A DNA stretch of 64,000 bases, from the IMG/VR virus record IMGVR_UViG_3300032038_000044, positions 25,221-89,220 of that record. One strand, 5' to 3'. The DNA comes from a virus. Lineage: Duplodnaviria; Caudoviricetes. Positions 24,647-35,249 of this stretch are shown in pieces; position 1 is the stretch's first letter; every line of letters starts with the position of its first letter. The notes beneath the pieces are model-generated. The model made no database searches and was not told where the DNA came from. It worked only from the letters and a program-made list of their open reading frames with translations. Made by a program: the position numbers and the translations under genes.

Positions 24647-25693
24647 ATGACTAATTTAACACGTCTTGATTTTTCTCTAGAAACAGCTCAAGAAAGAATA
24701 GACCAGGTAAACGAAGTACTAGCCAATGAAGCAGAATCAGCTAGTCCTAACAGACTCGAGTACCTGGCAGATTATATATTAGATGCGCCTGATACTAGAG
24801 AAAAAACAAAACCAAAGAACAGAAAGAAAACTATAAGCGCTCATGAAATCTCATATGAAGGCTTAGTAACTAAGTTCGAGAATGGTGAAGATGGTCTCTA
24901 CAATCTAACAATAGAGAATGATAAGAACATCATCCTCGCCCCAAAGACACCTATCACCCAAGAGGATATAGATGAAATTCCAGCCCTCAAAGAGCTAACA
25001 GATGCGATTGAGCAAATCAAATTAAAATGTAAAACTGCGAAAGGTACAACAGCCTACAACCTCCATCAGCAGTTAATCCAAATGTATAAAGACCGCTATG
25101 TAATTCGTAGTGCCTATAAACCAATAGGCTATTCAACAAATTACATTAAGTCAATATCAAACATTTCATTGGCGGGAACCGACGCTTGGGACGGTACTAA
25201 GGTAGAGTCAACCTCTGTTATCAGCCTTTACAACCGCGACCACGTATTATCCCTCCTAAATAACTATTCAAAAATAAAAGAAGATACCTACGGTGCCTTC
25301 TCAAAAGATATGCACTGGTTGATGGAAGACCTCGATACCTACATCGAAGAGGCCTTAGCGCCATTCCCGCTTTACAAACAAATCCTAATCTACAAAATAG
25401 ATAAATGTACCAATGCGGAAATCCATAAGAAATTACAAGAAGAAACAGGTCAAACATATTCAGAAGAACATATAAGTAATGTATGGTGTAATATAATTCC
25501 AAAATTAATAATAGAAAAAGCTACAGATGATTACCTCTCTTGGTATTACCTCAATAAAGAAAAAGGAAAGTACAAGAAATGCTCTAAGTGCGGGCAAATT
25601 AAACTTGCGCTTCCTCGTTATTTTTCATTGAATAAAGGTTCCAAAGATGGTTTATATACAATTTGTAAAGAATGTAGGCGGAAAAGGGGCTAG
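24647..25693 (+). CDS. putative transcription regulator (sigma-region-4-like HTH plus C-terminal CxxC..CxxC zinc finger)
   Basis: TNAEIHKKLQEETGQTYSEEHISNVW; CSKCGQ...ICKECR; first gene of the rightward module. Confidence 0.5.
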   Translation: MTNLTRLDFSLETAQERIDQVNEVLANEAESASPNRLEYLADYILDAPDTREKTKPKNRKKTISAHEISYEGLVTKFENGEDGLYNLTIENDKNIILAPKTPITQEDIDEIPALKELTDAIEQIKLKCKTAKGTTAYNLHQQLIQMYKDRYVIRSAYKPIGYSTNYIKSISNISLAGTDAWDGTKVESTSVISLYNRDHVLSLLNNYSKIKEDTYGAFSKDMHWLMEDLDTYIEEALAPFPLYKQILIYKIDKCTNAEIHKKLQEETGQTYSEEHISNVWCNIIPKLIIEKATDDYLSWYYLNKEKGKYKKCSKCGQIKLALPRYFSLNKGSKDGLYTICKECRRKRG

Positions 25694-25742
25694 ATAATAG
25701 TCCCTTCTTTGCGTTGAAGAAAAAGGAGTGATATTAAAATAA

Positions 25743-26993
25743 ATGGCAAATACAGAATTAGATAAAAGTAAAATATATTGTCCAAAGTGCGGAAAGACCA
25801 TGGCGGGAACTAATTTCTACACTTTAAAGAATGGACAGAAGGTAGACCTATGTAAAGGTTGCTTAACTATGCACGTTAATAACTGGGACCCAGAAACCTT
25901 CCTATGGATACTTGAGAAGTTTGATGTTCCCTACCTCCCATGGGAATGGAACAAGCTTCTAGATGAAGCATATAGAAAAGACCCCTATAAGATTACAGGA
26001 ATGAGCGTGCTTGGTAAATATTTAAGACTTATGAAATTAAAACAGCATCAGGAGTTTGGGTATGCGGATTCCGAGCGTTTACAAGCAGAACACACAGAGG
26101 TGATTGCTACAAACTCTGAAAACCTCAACACGGCGGAAAGCGAAGCTAGTGTTAAGGCGGCTTATGAAAATGGCGAAATCTCAAAAGCACAATTTGAAAC
26201 ATACCAACATCTCAATGCCCATGCGGAACCGGCGGCTGTCCCTCTCACACCTATGTCAGAGGCACCCACACCTAGCACTTCCGCAGCTGCTTATCCAGTA
26301 AATGACCACCCATATGAAGTTGTTCAACTTGAGGATATGAGTAAATATTTAACTGAAGATGATAAGCGTTATATGGCTCTAAAGTGGGGAATTTTTTATA
26401 CTGCGGAACAGTGGATAAAACTAGAAAAATTATATATTGACTTCACAGAGAGTTATACCATCGAGAATGCGGGAACCATCGACACACTAAAGCAAATCTG
26501 CAAGCTCTCTTTAAAATGTAACGAGGCACTTGACAGTGGAGATGTCGACAGTTATGCTAAGTTATCGAGACAATATGATGCCTTAATGAAGTCCGCAAAA
26601 TTCACAGAAGCACAGAATAAAGAAGGTAAGGTCGATGCATTTGATTCAGTTGGTTCTATTGTTCTATTTTGCGAAAAGAATGGCGGAAAGATTCCTAAAT
26701 ATGAAATTAAAGCAGACCTTGATGTTATTGATACTATCTTAAATGATAATAAGAAGTATCTTGATGAAGTTATAAAGAATGACCCTAATATTGAGAACTT
26801 AATTGAAGAGCATATCAAGAAGATGGAACTCCAGGCTAAACTTAAAGAAGAACAGCGTATTGCTAAAGAAAGAGTTCTTAATGGCGAACCTATTAAAACA
26901 ATAGAAGAGTTAACTGAAGAATATGATGAGTTTGCGGAAAAGGAATTAGAAGACCTAGAAAAGGATAGGAGAACTCAAGAAAATGACGAATGA
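25743..26993 (+). CDS. zinc-finger protein, probable terminase small subunit
   Basis: CPKC...CKGC; directly upstream of and overlapping terL. Confidence 0.45.
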   Translation: MANTELDKSKIYCPKCGKTMAGTNFYTLKNGQKVDLCKGCLTMHVNNWDPETFLWILEKFDVPYLPWEWNKLLDEAYRKDPYKITGMSVLGKYLRLMKLKQHQEFGYADSERLQAEHTEVIATNSENLNTAESEASVKAAYENGEISKAQFETYQHLNAHAEPAAVPLTPMSEAPTPSTSAAAYPVNDHPYEVVQLEDMSKYLTEDDKRYMALKWGIFYTAEQWIKLEKLYIDFTESYTIENAGTIDTLKQICKLSLKCNEALDSGDVDSYAKLSRQYDALMKSAKFTEAQNKEGKVDAFDSVGSIVLFCEKNGGKIPKYEIKADLDVIDTILNDNKKYLDEVIKNDPNIENLIEEHIKKMELQAKLKEEQRIAKERVLNGEPIKTIEELTEEYDEFAEKELEDLEKDRRTQENDE

Positions 26994-28788
26994 TTATGAA
27001 TATAGTAATAGTTTAAAAAGAATACTCTATGAAGATAGAGAATATGACTATTCTAGTTCACTTTGTCCTCTTGTTGGTTCTAACCTTCATAAAGTAGAAG
27101 TTACTGAAGAAAGAGTTAGAAGTTGTATGGATAGCATTAGAGATAAGATAGCTTTTTATAGAGTCTATCCTGATTTATTCATTGACGACATAAAAGGACC
27201 GGAAAGCGTATTCAAGTTCTATGTTTATCAGAGAGTATTCCTCCGTGCGGTGATGCGTCATCGTTATGTCTACGCTACATTCCCTCGTGCCTATTCAAAG
27301 TCGTTCCTAACCATGATGAGTCTCATGATTAAATGTATATTATATCCTAACTTACAGTGTGCGGTAACTACTGGTGGTAAGGAACAGGCGGCATCTATCA
27401 CCATTGCTAAGATAGAAGAAATTTGTCGTCTTATTCCACCTCTTAGTAATGAAATTAACTGGGCGCGTGGTGCTTCAAAGAAATCAAGAGACACAGTTGA
27501 ATATAAATTCAAGAATGGTTCAAGCATAGATATTTTGGCGGCAAAGGAAAGTTCCAGAGGTCAGCGTAGAAATGCACTTGTTATAGAGGAAAGTATTCTT
27601 ATGGATGGTGACATCCTTCATGAAATTATTGTTCCTACAACAAACGTCGATAGATTCCTACCTGATGGCTCTAGAGACCCTAAAGAGATGGCAAATAAAT
27701 CACAGGTATATATTACAACGGCGGGATGGAAGGGTACCTTCCCTTATGAGCAGATGATAGATACGTTAATCAACGCAGTAATAGACCCTGAGCAATATTG
27801 TGTAATGGGTGGTACATTCGATACCCCTGTTAAAGAAGGCTTACTAGAAGAAGACTTCGTTACAAAGTTACAGTTAGAGGGTACGTTCAATGCCAGCTCC
27901 TTCGATAGAGAATATCGTAGTGTGTGGGCGGGAGATGCGGAAAATGCTTATTACTCATCAGAAGCCTTTGATAAATGCCGTGTTTTACAATTACCTGAAT
28001 GGGAATATAGCGAGAGAAGTACAAAGACAAGTTATTATGTACTTGGAGTCGACGTTGGTAGACTTGGTTGTACTTCAGAAGTTGCTGTTATCAAGGTTGT
28101 ACCACAAATAAATGGACCTTCATTGAAGTCATTGGTAAACTTTTACTCGATGGAGGCTAAAGACTTTGAGGAGCAAAGTATTAAGTTAAAGCAGTTATAT
28201 TATAAGTATAGAGCGCGAACAATAGCAATAGATGCTAATGGTGTTGGTGCGGGATTGGTCGATTTCTTAACTAAGACCCAGATTGACCCGGAGACTAACG
28301 AGGAATTACCTCCATTTGGCGTCGAAGGCGGAAACCATGATGACGCGGCAACTCCTTATAAGAATGTTAAGGGCGATGGTGTTATCAAAGATGCGCTTTA
28401 TTTAATTAAGGCTAACTTACCTTTTAACTCAGAAGCACATACATATCTTCAGGCTCAAATCGTCAACAGAAAGATTAAATTCTTAATTGACGAGAGAGAA
28501 GCTAAGATGAAGCTTATGGATACAAAACGTGGACAGCACATGAAGGAAGAAGACAGAATAGGTCGTATCCAACCTTATGTATTAACTTCTATCCTTAAAG
28601 AGCAAATGATGAACTTAAAAGAAGATTCAGAACAAGGTGCATTAAATACAAGACTTAAACAAATATCTAAAAAGATACCGAAGGATAGATTCTCTGCTCT
28701 TGAGTATGGTTTATACTATGTCAAGCTGCAAGAGGACAATAAGAAACGTAAAAGAGTAAATATGGCTAAATTGTCATTATTTAATTAA
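26983..28788 (+). CDS. terL: terminase large subunit
   Basis: Walker A variant FPRAYSKS, Walker B LVIEES, ITTAG coupling motif, nuclease LGVDVG and KDRFSALEYG. Confidence 0.9.
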   Translation: MTNDYEYSNSLKRILYEDREYDYSSSLCPLVGSNLHKVEVTEERVRSCMDSIRDKIAFYRVYPDLFIDDIKGPESVFKFYVYQRVFLRAVMRHRYVYATFPRAYSKSFLTMMSLMIKCILYPNLQCAVTTGGKEQAASITIAKIEEICRLIPPLSNEINWARGASKKSRDTVEYKFKNGSSIDILAAKESSRGQRRNALVIEESILMDGDILHEIIVPTTNVDRFLPDGSRDPKEMANKSQVYITTAGWKGTFPYEQMIDTLINAVIDPEQYCVMGGTFDTPVKEGLLEEDFVTKLQLEGTFNASSFDREYRSVWAGDAENAYYSSEAFDKCRVLQLPEWEYSERSTKTSYYVLGVDVGRLGCTSEVAVIKVVPQINGPSLKSLVNFYSMEAKDFEEQSIKLKQLYYKYRARTIAIDANGVGAGLVDFLTKTQIDPETNEELPPFGVEGGNHDDAATPYKNVKGDGVIKDALYLIKANLPFNSEAHTYLQAQIVNRKIKFLIDEREAKMKLMDTKRGQHMKEEDRIGRIQPYVLTSILKEQMMNLKEDSEQGALNTRLKQISKKIPKDRFSALEYGLYYVKLQEDNKKRKRVNMAKLSLFN

Positions 28789-28796
28789 TGAATTCT

Positions 28797-28842
28797 TGGG
28801 CAGAGTCGTTTTAGACACTCTGCCTAATTTTCATATTACATA
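28797..28842 (+). promoter_or_regulatory. phage-specific promoter-like motif copy 2
   Basis: TGGGCAGA, CATATT at +34. Confidence 0.55.
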
Positions 28843-28860
28843 TGGATAGGAGGAATTTAG

Positions 28861-29217
28861 ATGAGAGCCAGTAGAGGCGAGATTAAAATAGAAGAAATCT
28901 TACAAGAAAATGGATTTATATTTGAAGAAGAATACTCTTTTCCAGATTTAGTTGCGGAATCAGGTAGAGCGCTGAGATTTGACTTTGCAGTATTCACTGA
29001 TGATGGAGATATAGATTTCCTTATCGAGTATCAAGGCGCGCAACATTATGAGTCTCGTAACCTTTATGGAGGTAAGAAGGGACTAATACAGCAACAGCAT
29101 AATGATAAGAAGAAAGTGGAATATTGTCGTAGACATGGGTATAAGTTATTAGTTATACCTTATTGGGATATTTCATTTGTTGATTATGATTATATTGTAA
29201 AAGCGGCTTATAATTAA
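28861..29217 (+). CDS. Vsr/DUF559-like PD-(D/E)xK endonuclease
   Basis: LRFDF...LIEYQGAQHY...NDKKK..YC...LLVIPYW. Confidence 0.7.
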   Translation: MRASRGEIKIEEILQENGFIFEEEYSFPDLVAESGRALRFDFAVFTDDGDIDFLIEYQGAQHYESRNLYGGKKGLIQQQHNDKKKVEYCRRHGYKLLVIPYWDISFVDYDYIVKAAYN

Positions 29218-29224
29218 AAGTGGG

Positions 29225-29253
29225 TTGACTTTTACCAAAATTTTTGATATAAT
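29225..29253 (+). promoter_or_regulatory. sigmaA promoter with internal near-palindrome ACCAAAATTTTTGAT
   Basis: TTGACT-17-TATAAT. Confidence 0.7.
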
Positions 29254-29279
29254 AAAATAAGTAAGGGGGTAAGTATTCT

Positions 29280-30917
29280 TTGTATAACAGACTTGATGAA
29301 ATTAAAAAAGAAGCTATTAAACAAAAAATCTCCTTAGACTTTGAAAAAATAAAAATGGGTATCCAAGAAGTTGATGATGCAGTCTTAAAACTTGGTTCTA
29401 CACAAAAAGCTAGACCTAATCTAGCAACTAAAGAGGTTGTTCTAAAAGCAATCGCTGATAAGGATGTAACTAAGTTAAGAGAAATTTCTGAATACTTCTG
29501 TGCGGTAAGCGGTATCTACTCAAGAATATTACGTTACATGGCTAACATGTATAGATATGATTGGTACGTTACTCCTTATGTTCTAGATGACAAAGTTGAC
29601 CAGAAGAAACTTGTTACTAAGTTTCAAGAGTCACTTAGATACTTTGATAATTTCAATGTCAAAAGACATTTTGGAGATATAGCTTTTAAAGTTCTGCGTG
29701 AAGGAGTTTACTATGGATATAAAGTTCCAATGAAGAACTCTTTAGGAATTCAAGAGCTAGACCCTAACTACTGTCGTTCTAGAATCCTTGACAAGGACTG
29801 GAACCCAGTTATCGAGTTTAATATGAGATATTTTGATGACAAGTTCCCTGATGTGCAAGAGAGAATGAAAATTCTCAAAATCTTCCCAAAGGAATTTGCC
29901 AAAGGATATATGGCTTACAAAAAGCAATCTGCACCAGATATACTTGGTAAGAAAGCTAATGGCTGGTATGTTTTAGACCCAGCTTGTACTGTAAAATTCT
30001 CTGCAACTGATAATGATATTCCATTATTCATTTCAGTTATCCCAATGCTCATTGACCTAGATGAAGCGCAGGGCATCAATAGAAAGAGAATGTTACAAGA
30101 ACTCTTAAAAATTGTCGTTCAAAAACTTCCACTTGATAAGAATGGTGAAATGATTTTTGACGAAGAAGAAATCCAACAATTTCATAATAATGCGGTTTAT
30201 ATGCTTTCAAAAGCTATTAACGTAAATGTTCTAACTACACTGGCGGACGTCGAGGTTGAAGACTTGGCTAGCGACCGTTCAGTACAGAATGACGACCTTG
30301 AGACTGTTGAAAGACAGGTTTACAATGAGAGTGGTATTTCACAATTAATGTTTAACAGTACCGGTAATATTGCTCTTACAATGTCAGAACTCAATGACGA
30401 GTCTACAATGTATAACTTAATCTTACAGTTCCAAGATTTCTTAAATGGAACAATTAAGGCATTTGATATTAAAAATAAAGTTAATTTTGGTATTCAGATA
30501 CTTTTAACAACTTGGTACAATTACAAGGATATGGCTAAGGCTTACAAAGAGCAGACACAACTTGGTTTCTCTAAGATGTTACCTGCTATTGCATTAGGTC
30601 AAAGTCAGAGTAGTATTTTAGCAACTGCTTACTTTGAGAATGATGTTCTTAACCTTGTAACTAAGTTCATTCCTCCATTAAGTTCTAACGTTATGAACGC
30701 GGAAGTGCTTGCAACACAAGGTCCTAATGGTCTAGGAACTGCGGCAACCGGTGGTAAGGGTATCAAAATCGAGAAACAGGATACCACAAAGGAGAGTGGC
30801 AACTCTCCAGCCGCCGCACCTAAAGAACAACCTACAGGTGAAGGTGCCGGTAGACCAGAAAAACCTGATAATGAAAAGTCTACAAAGACTTTACAAAATA
30901 TAGAGTCACAATCATAG
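29280..30917 (+). CDS. portal protein
   Basis: Position after terL, 545 aa, helical core with low-complexity C-terminus. Confidence 0.7.
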   Translation: MYNRLDEIKKEAIKQKISLDFEKIKMGIQEVDDAVLKLGSTQKARPNLATKEVVLKAIADKDVTKLREISEYFCAVSGIYSRILRYMANMYRYDWYVTPYVLDDKVDQKKLVTKFQESLRYFDNFNVKRHFGDIAFKVLREGVYYGYKVPMKNSLGIQELDPNYCRSRILDKDWNPVIEFNMRYFDDKFPDVQERMKILKIFPKEFAKGYMAYKKQSAPDILGKKANGWYVLDPACTVKFSATDNDIPLFISVIPMLIDLDEAQGINRKRMLQELLKIVVQKLPLDKNGEMIFDEEEIQQFHNNAVYMLSKAINVNVLTTLADVEVEDLASDRSVQNDDLETVERQVYNESGISQLMFNSTGNIALTMSELNDESTMYNLILQFQDFLNGTIKAFDIKNKVNFGIQILLTTWYNYKDMAKAYKEQTQLGFSKMLPAIALGQSQSSILATAYFENDVLNLVTKFIPPLSSNVMNAEVLATQGPNGLGTAATGGKGIKIEKQDTTKESGNSPAAAPKEQPTGEGAGRPEKPDNEKSTKTLQNIESQS

Positions 30918-30930
30918 GAGGAACGTATTA

Positions 30931-32316
30931 ATGAGTTATCTTAATATGCAATGTATTGGTGACCCAGAGTTTATTAATGTTACTTCAGTAAGTCCCTTAA
31001 TCTCCGAATGTGAGATTAAGGTACTTTACCTTGGTCAGAATAGAAATGGAAGCTTTATATCAAAGGAAGTAGCTACTAAAATGGCTGAAACACTTCCTGG
31101 TAGTCCTATCGTAGGTCACTACATAGAGAACAAGCAAGATTTTGGTGACCATGGTGAGCAACTTATCATAGACGATGAAGGGTTACGCTTTAACAAATTA
31201 ACAAAACCTTATGGATTTGTTGCTCCTACTGCTAGAATTTGGTTTCAGAAGTTTAATGAAACTGATATGATGGGTAATACAGTTGAAAGAGAATATCTTA
31301 TGACAACTGGTTATCTATGGACTGGTAAGTATCCAGAATGTAAAAGAGCGGTAGAAGAGGGAAATCCGCACTCAATGGAATTAGATGAAGAAACTCTTGA
31401 AGGAACTTGGGCAACACAGCCTGATTCTTATATGGAATTTTTCATAATAAATGACGCAGTATTCTCTGCACTTTGCATTTTAGGTGAAGATGTAGAACCT
31501 TGTTTTGAAGGTAGTGAAGTTACTGCACCACAGATTAGTTCTAAGTTTTCTGCTGATAGTCAGTTTAATAAAGATTTAGCAACTATGATGACACAGTTAA
31601 AGAATTTTATGTTACAAGGAGGATTTGATAAAATGGAAAATCAGAACGCTGAAAACACTGTAGCGCTTGAAAATCCAGATTCTTCTGCTATTGTTGATAA
31701 TAACGCTGAATATACAGTTGAGGCTGCTCCAGTAGCACCTGCTGAGACTGCAACTCCAGCACCAGAAGCTGAAAATTTTTCTGCTGAACTGGGCAACGCA
31801 AATGAAACTGAAACAGCTAACGCTGAAGTTAATGTGACAGAGGATTTTGCTAAAGAAGACGATAAGAAGAAAGAAGAAGACGACAAAAATTCTGAAAACA
31901 AAGAAGAGGATGATAAAAAAGAAGATGACAAGAAGAAAGAGGAAGAAGATAAATTCGCACTTCTTTCACAGTCATTAGAAGAGCAGAAAGCAGCTTATGC
32001 TGAACTTGAAGCTAAGTATCAGGCTCTTGTAGAGTTTAAGAATGAAGTAGACCTTGAGAAAAAGAATAAACTTATTTCTGAGTTTAGTTTCTTATCAGAA
32101 GAAGATTTAGCAGATGTTAAGGCTAATATTTCTAACTACAGCTTAGATGAAATTGAGTCAAAGCTTTCAGTTATTGCAGTTAGAAAGAAAGTTAATTTCT
32201 CTGCTATTGGTAATGATGATGAACAGGGCATTGTAAACCTTGACTCATTAAATAACATTGAAGATGATGGACAGCCTGCATGGGTTAAAGCCGTTCAGGC
32301 ACACTCAACTATTTAA
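30931..32316 (+). CDS. prohead protease/scaffold fusion
   Basis: Globular N-terminus (HSMEL, LCILG), acidic linker, coiled C-terminus; lies between portal and capsid genes. Confidence 0.6.
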   Translation: MSYLNMQCIGDPEFINVTSVSPLISECEIKVLYLGQNRNGSFISKEVATKMAETLPGSPIVGHYIENKQDFGDHGEQLIIDDEGLRFNKLTKPYGFVAPTARIWFQKFNETDMMGNTVEREYLMTTGYLWTGKYPECKRAVEEGNPHSMELDEETLEGTWATQPDSYMEFFIINDAVFSALCILGEDVEPCFEGSEVTAPQISSKFSADSQFNKDLATMMTQLKNFMLQGGFDKMENQNAENTVALENPDSSAIVDNNAEYTVEAAPVAPAETATPAPEAENFSAELGNANETETANAEVNVTEDFAKEDDKKKEEDDKNSENKEEDDKKEDDKKKEEEDKFALLSQSLEEQKAAYAELEAKYQALVEFKNEVDLEKKNKLISEFSFLSEEDLADVKANISNYSLDEIESKLSVIAVRKKVNFSAIGNDDEQGIVNLDSLNNIEDDGQPAWVKAVQAHSTI

Positions 32317-32339
32317 TAATAATATAGGAGGAAATAATA

Positions 32340-32942
32340 ATGGCATTCACAAGAAATGGCTATGGACAGATTGAACCTAATCAGTTATCTGCTCAGAAAA
32401 CAGGTCAGATTTATGCTAGTCTTCCACTTGATAGCGCAGTATCAGTTCTTGAGAATGGTACATTTATGTACTATAACTACGCAACTGGTAAAGTAACTGC
32501 TGATGGTGAAGGCGAGCCAATGTTAGTATATAACGAAATCAAGTTATATGATGATTGGAGAAATAGACTTAAAGACTTCGCTCTAATCAGAGTTGGTGAT
32601 AACTATGTTACATCAGACTTAGTTACAGATGAAATGAAGTATGATTCTGGTATTAATCCAGACCCAGCACACACAGAAGCTCCATATAGAATGGATGGTT
32701 TCGCACCAAGACTTTTCAAGACAAATGTTGGTGATATCTACACAACAAACATGGTTAAGGTTGATGGTACTGTTGATTACGCACAGGGCGATTACCTTGC
32801 ACCAGTTAAGGATAGCGCAAAGAAAGTTCTTGTTCTTGAGAAGAAGGACAGCAAGCCAGCTTCAGGTATGGTTTGGGTAGTTGCAAAGAGATACACAATG
32901 CCTGACGGTCAGCCAGGTGTTAAGCTACAGAGAATTCAGTAA
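32340..32942 (+). CDS. capsid decoration/stabilising protein
   Basis: Beta-rich, immediately upstream of MCP; synteny. Confidence 0.45.
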   Translation: MAFTRNGYGQIEPNQLSAQKTGQIYASLPLDSAVSVLENGTFMYYNYATGKVTADGEGEPMLVYNEIKLYDDWRNRLKDFALIRVGDNYVTSDLVTDEMKYDSGINPDPAHTEAPYRMDGFAPRLFKTNVGDIYTTNMVKVDGTVDYAQGDYLAPVKDSAKKVLVLEKKDSKPASGMVWVVAKRYTMPDGQPGVKLQRIQ

Positions 32943-32958
32943 GGAGGAGGAAAAAGAA

Positions 32959-34002
32959 ATGGCTTTAGAATACGCACAGTTAGTAGAGCTTGCAAAGGCT
33001 ACTGCAAAAGCAAATCCATCTGCTCCAACTTCTTATTCTTTTGGTGGAGCAAATCTTTCATATGAAGCTATGAACGCTACTCTTCGTGAAGAGCTTGAAG
33101 GTCTTGCTAGTACATATTCTCTTTACAGAGAGAATAAGAACGTAATCTTCTCACTTATCGAAGAGACAATCAATGACGTTCTTCCAAAGAAGGTTCTTGA
33201 TTCATATGGTCAGTTCGCTGAAATTAAAACATTTAATCAGGGTGACAAGCCTGTATTTACACAGAGAATTACTACAGCTTCTAAGCGTAGAGCAAAACAG
33301 TTCATCGGTAAAGTTGGTCTAGCTGGTCTTTACGAAGTATTCAGACTAGATGGTGCTACTTATGAAGTACCTACAAATGCTATCGGTGGTGCTGCACAGA
33401 TTGGCTTCGAAGAGTTCCTTGATGGTAGAGTAAACTTCGCAGACGTTCTTGACATCGTTCTTGAGGGTCTTGATGAGTGCATCTACCTTGAAATTGAGAA
33501 ACAGCTTCTTGGCGCAATCAACAACATCCAGAGTGCAAATAAGGTATCTAAGAACACATTTGATGAAAAGGAAATGGATAGACTTATCGCTATCGCAGAT
33601 TCATATGGTTCAAAGGCAGCTATTTATTGTACTTATGAGTTTGCTGCAACAATCGTTCCTGAGAGCGGTTGGGTTTCTGATGAAATGAGAAACCAGAAGT
33701 GGGCAAACGGTTACCTTGCTAACTACAAGGGACATAAGGTTATTGTTCTTCCACAGTCATTTGAAGATGAAACAAATGAAATCGAAGTAATTGACAATCA
33801 GTACGCTTGGATTATCCCACAGGGTACAGATAAGCCAATCAAGATTGCATTTGAAGGTGGAGCAATCGCTGAGGAGTATACAAACTATGACAAGAGTAAA
33901 GAAATTCAGATTTACAAGAAAGTCGGTGTAAGAGCAATCTTCACTCCAGACATCTGCGTATATCAGAATACTTCTCTTGCTAGACCAGTATATTCTGTAT
34001 AA
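32959..34002 (+). CDS. major capsid protein (start revised to MALEYAQ)
   Basis: GGAGGAGG RBS, about 347 aa, strongly biased codons, followed by terminator. Confidence 0.75.
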   Translation: MALEYAQLVELAKATAKANPSAPTSYSFGGANLSYEAMNATLREELEGLASTYSLYRENKNVIFSLIEETINDVLPKKVLDSYGQFAEIKTFNQGDKPVFTQRITTASKRRAKQFIGKVGLAGLYEVFRLDGATYEVPTNAIGGAAQIGFEEFLDGRVNFADVLDIVLEGLDECIYLEIEKQLLGAINNIQSANKVSKNTFDEKEMDRLIAIADSYGSKAAIYCTYEFAATIVPESGWVSDEMRNQKWANGYLANYKGHKVIVLPQSFEDETNEIEVIDNQYAWIIPQGTDKPIKIAFEGGAIAEEYTNYDKSKEIQIYKKVGVRAIFTPDICVYQNTSLARPVYSV

Positions 34003-34017
34003 GAGGTAAAATTGTAT

Positions 34018-34054
34018 AAGGGGAAGGATAGATATTCTTCCCCTTTTCTTTTTT
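34018..34054 (+). terminator. Rho-independent terminator
   Basis: AAGGGGAAG/CTTCCCCTT stem plus T-tract. Confidence 0.8.
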
Positions 34055-34077
34055 GAGATTACAAGGAGATAAAAATT

Positions 34078-34656
34078 ATGATAGATAAAATGAAACTAAT
34101 TCCTGTTAGAAATAGAAACAATGGTAGAACTGGATATTACCTACCAAACTCAAGAGCTAACAGAACATGGGAAAAGATAGGACAGGTTATGAACATTCCA
34201 TTTGGAGAACTCCAGGAACTTCAGTGGACAGATGGCGGAGACTTCATTCTAAAGAACCTTCTTGTTGTAGAAGATAAGGAAGCTCTAGCAGAACTTAATA
34301 TGAATGTCGAGCCAGAATATTTCTTTGATGATGCAGAAATTAAAGAAATCTTGTTAGGAACAACTCAAGAAAGCTTAGACAGACTTGAGGACTTATTAAA
34401 CTTTGCACCAACTGGTGTAATTGAATTAGCAAAAGATTTAGCAGTTAGTTTACAGATACCTGATACAAGAAAAAGAGATTTAATCTCGAAGAAGACAGGT
34501 TTTAACGTAAACAAAGCTATTGAAATAAAGGTTACTTGCGCGCCAGAAGAGACTGCGGAAACTGCTCCTGCAAAGCCAGAGAGAAAGGCTACAGTAGAAA
34601 GCGCTAAGACAGAGACACCTTCCGCACCAACTAGAAAGGTTGTCATAAAGAAATAA
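34078..34656 (+). CDS. head-associated hypothetical protein
   Basis: Synteny. Confidence 0.4.
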   Translation: MIDKMKLIPVRNRNNGRTGYYLPNSRANRTWEKIGQVMNIPFGELQELQWTDGGDFILKNLLVVEDKEALAELNMNVEPEYFFDDAEIKEILLGTTQESLDRLEDLLNFAPTGVIELAKDLAVSLQIPDTRKRDLISKKTGFNVNKAIEIKVTCAPEETAETAPAKPERKATVESAKTETPSAPTRKVVIKK

Positions 34657-34672
34657 TAAAGGAGGCAACGAT

Positions 34673-35236
34673 ATGGGTACTACGTCTTTTACCGTTGTCT
34701 ATGATAGTTTTTTTAACAGAGTAACAGATTCAATGTACGTTGATACTGATATGACAGAGGTTGAAGTTTTTGAACAGCTTCAACCTCTTTTAATAAATGG
34801 ACTTCATAGATTTGAATTCCCTAGATTTGACCTTTATGATTATGAAGAGGGTCAGCTAGAAGATGTCGGTATCTACAATGGATACGAGTCTGACTATAAG
34901 GATGCTACTATCATAGCGTGGGTTGGCGGACAGTTCAATTCAGAACTAACACAAGAAGAGATTAACATTCTCGCTCTTTGTATGGTTGTTGAATGGTTTG
35001 AAACTCAGTTAGCCAATACTGAATTAACAAGAGAGAAATACTCTGGTTCAGATTTTAAGTTTACTTCTCAAGCTAATCACATGGCTAAGTTAAAGAATAT
35101 GATAGAATATGCTGATAAAGACTTAAAGCATATGCAAAGACTTTACAAGAGAAGAGTAATGACTGAGAGCGGTGCTAAGTCTACTATGGCTATGATAATG
35201 CAGCCACCTACTTATGGTCTGGGAATAGACGAATAA
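34673..35236 (+). CDS. probable head-tail adaptor
   Basis: Synteny, helical, size. Confidence 0.45.
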   Translation: MGTTSFTVVYDSFFNRVTDSMYVDTDMTEVEVFEQLQPLLINGLHRFEFPRFDLYDYEEGQLEDVGIYNGYESDYKDATIIAWVGGQFNSELTQEEINILALCMVVEWFETQLANTELTREKYSGSDFKFTSQANHMAKLKNMIEYADKDLKHMQRLYKRRVMTESGAKSTMAMIMQPPTYGLGIDE

Positions 35237-35249
35237 GGAGGATTACATC

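Noticed and set aside
31850-31950. GAAGA(T/C)GA(T/C)AAGAAG tandem repeats
   Set aside because: Low-complexity E/D/K linker of the scaffold protein
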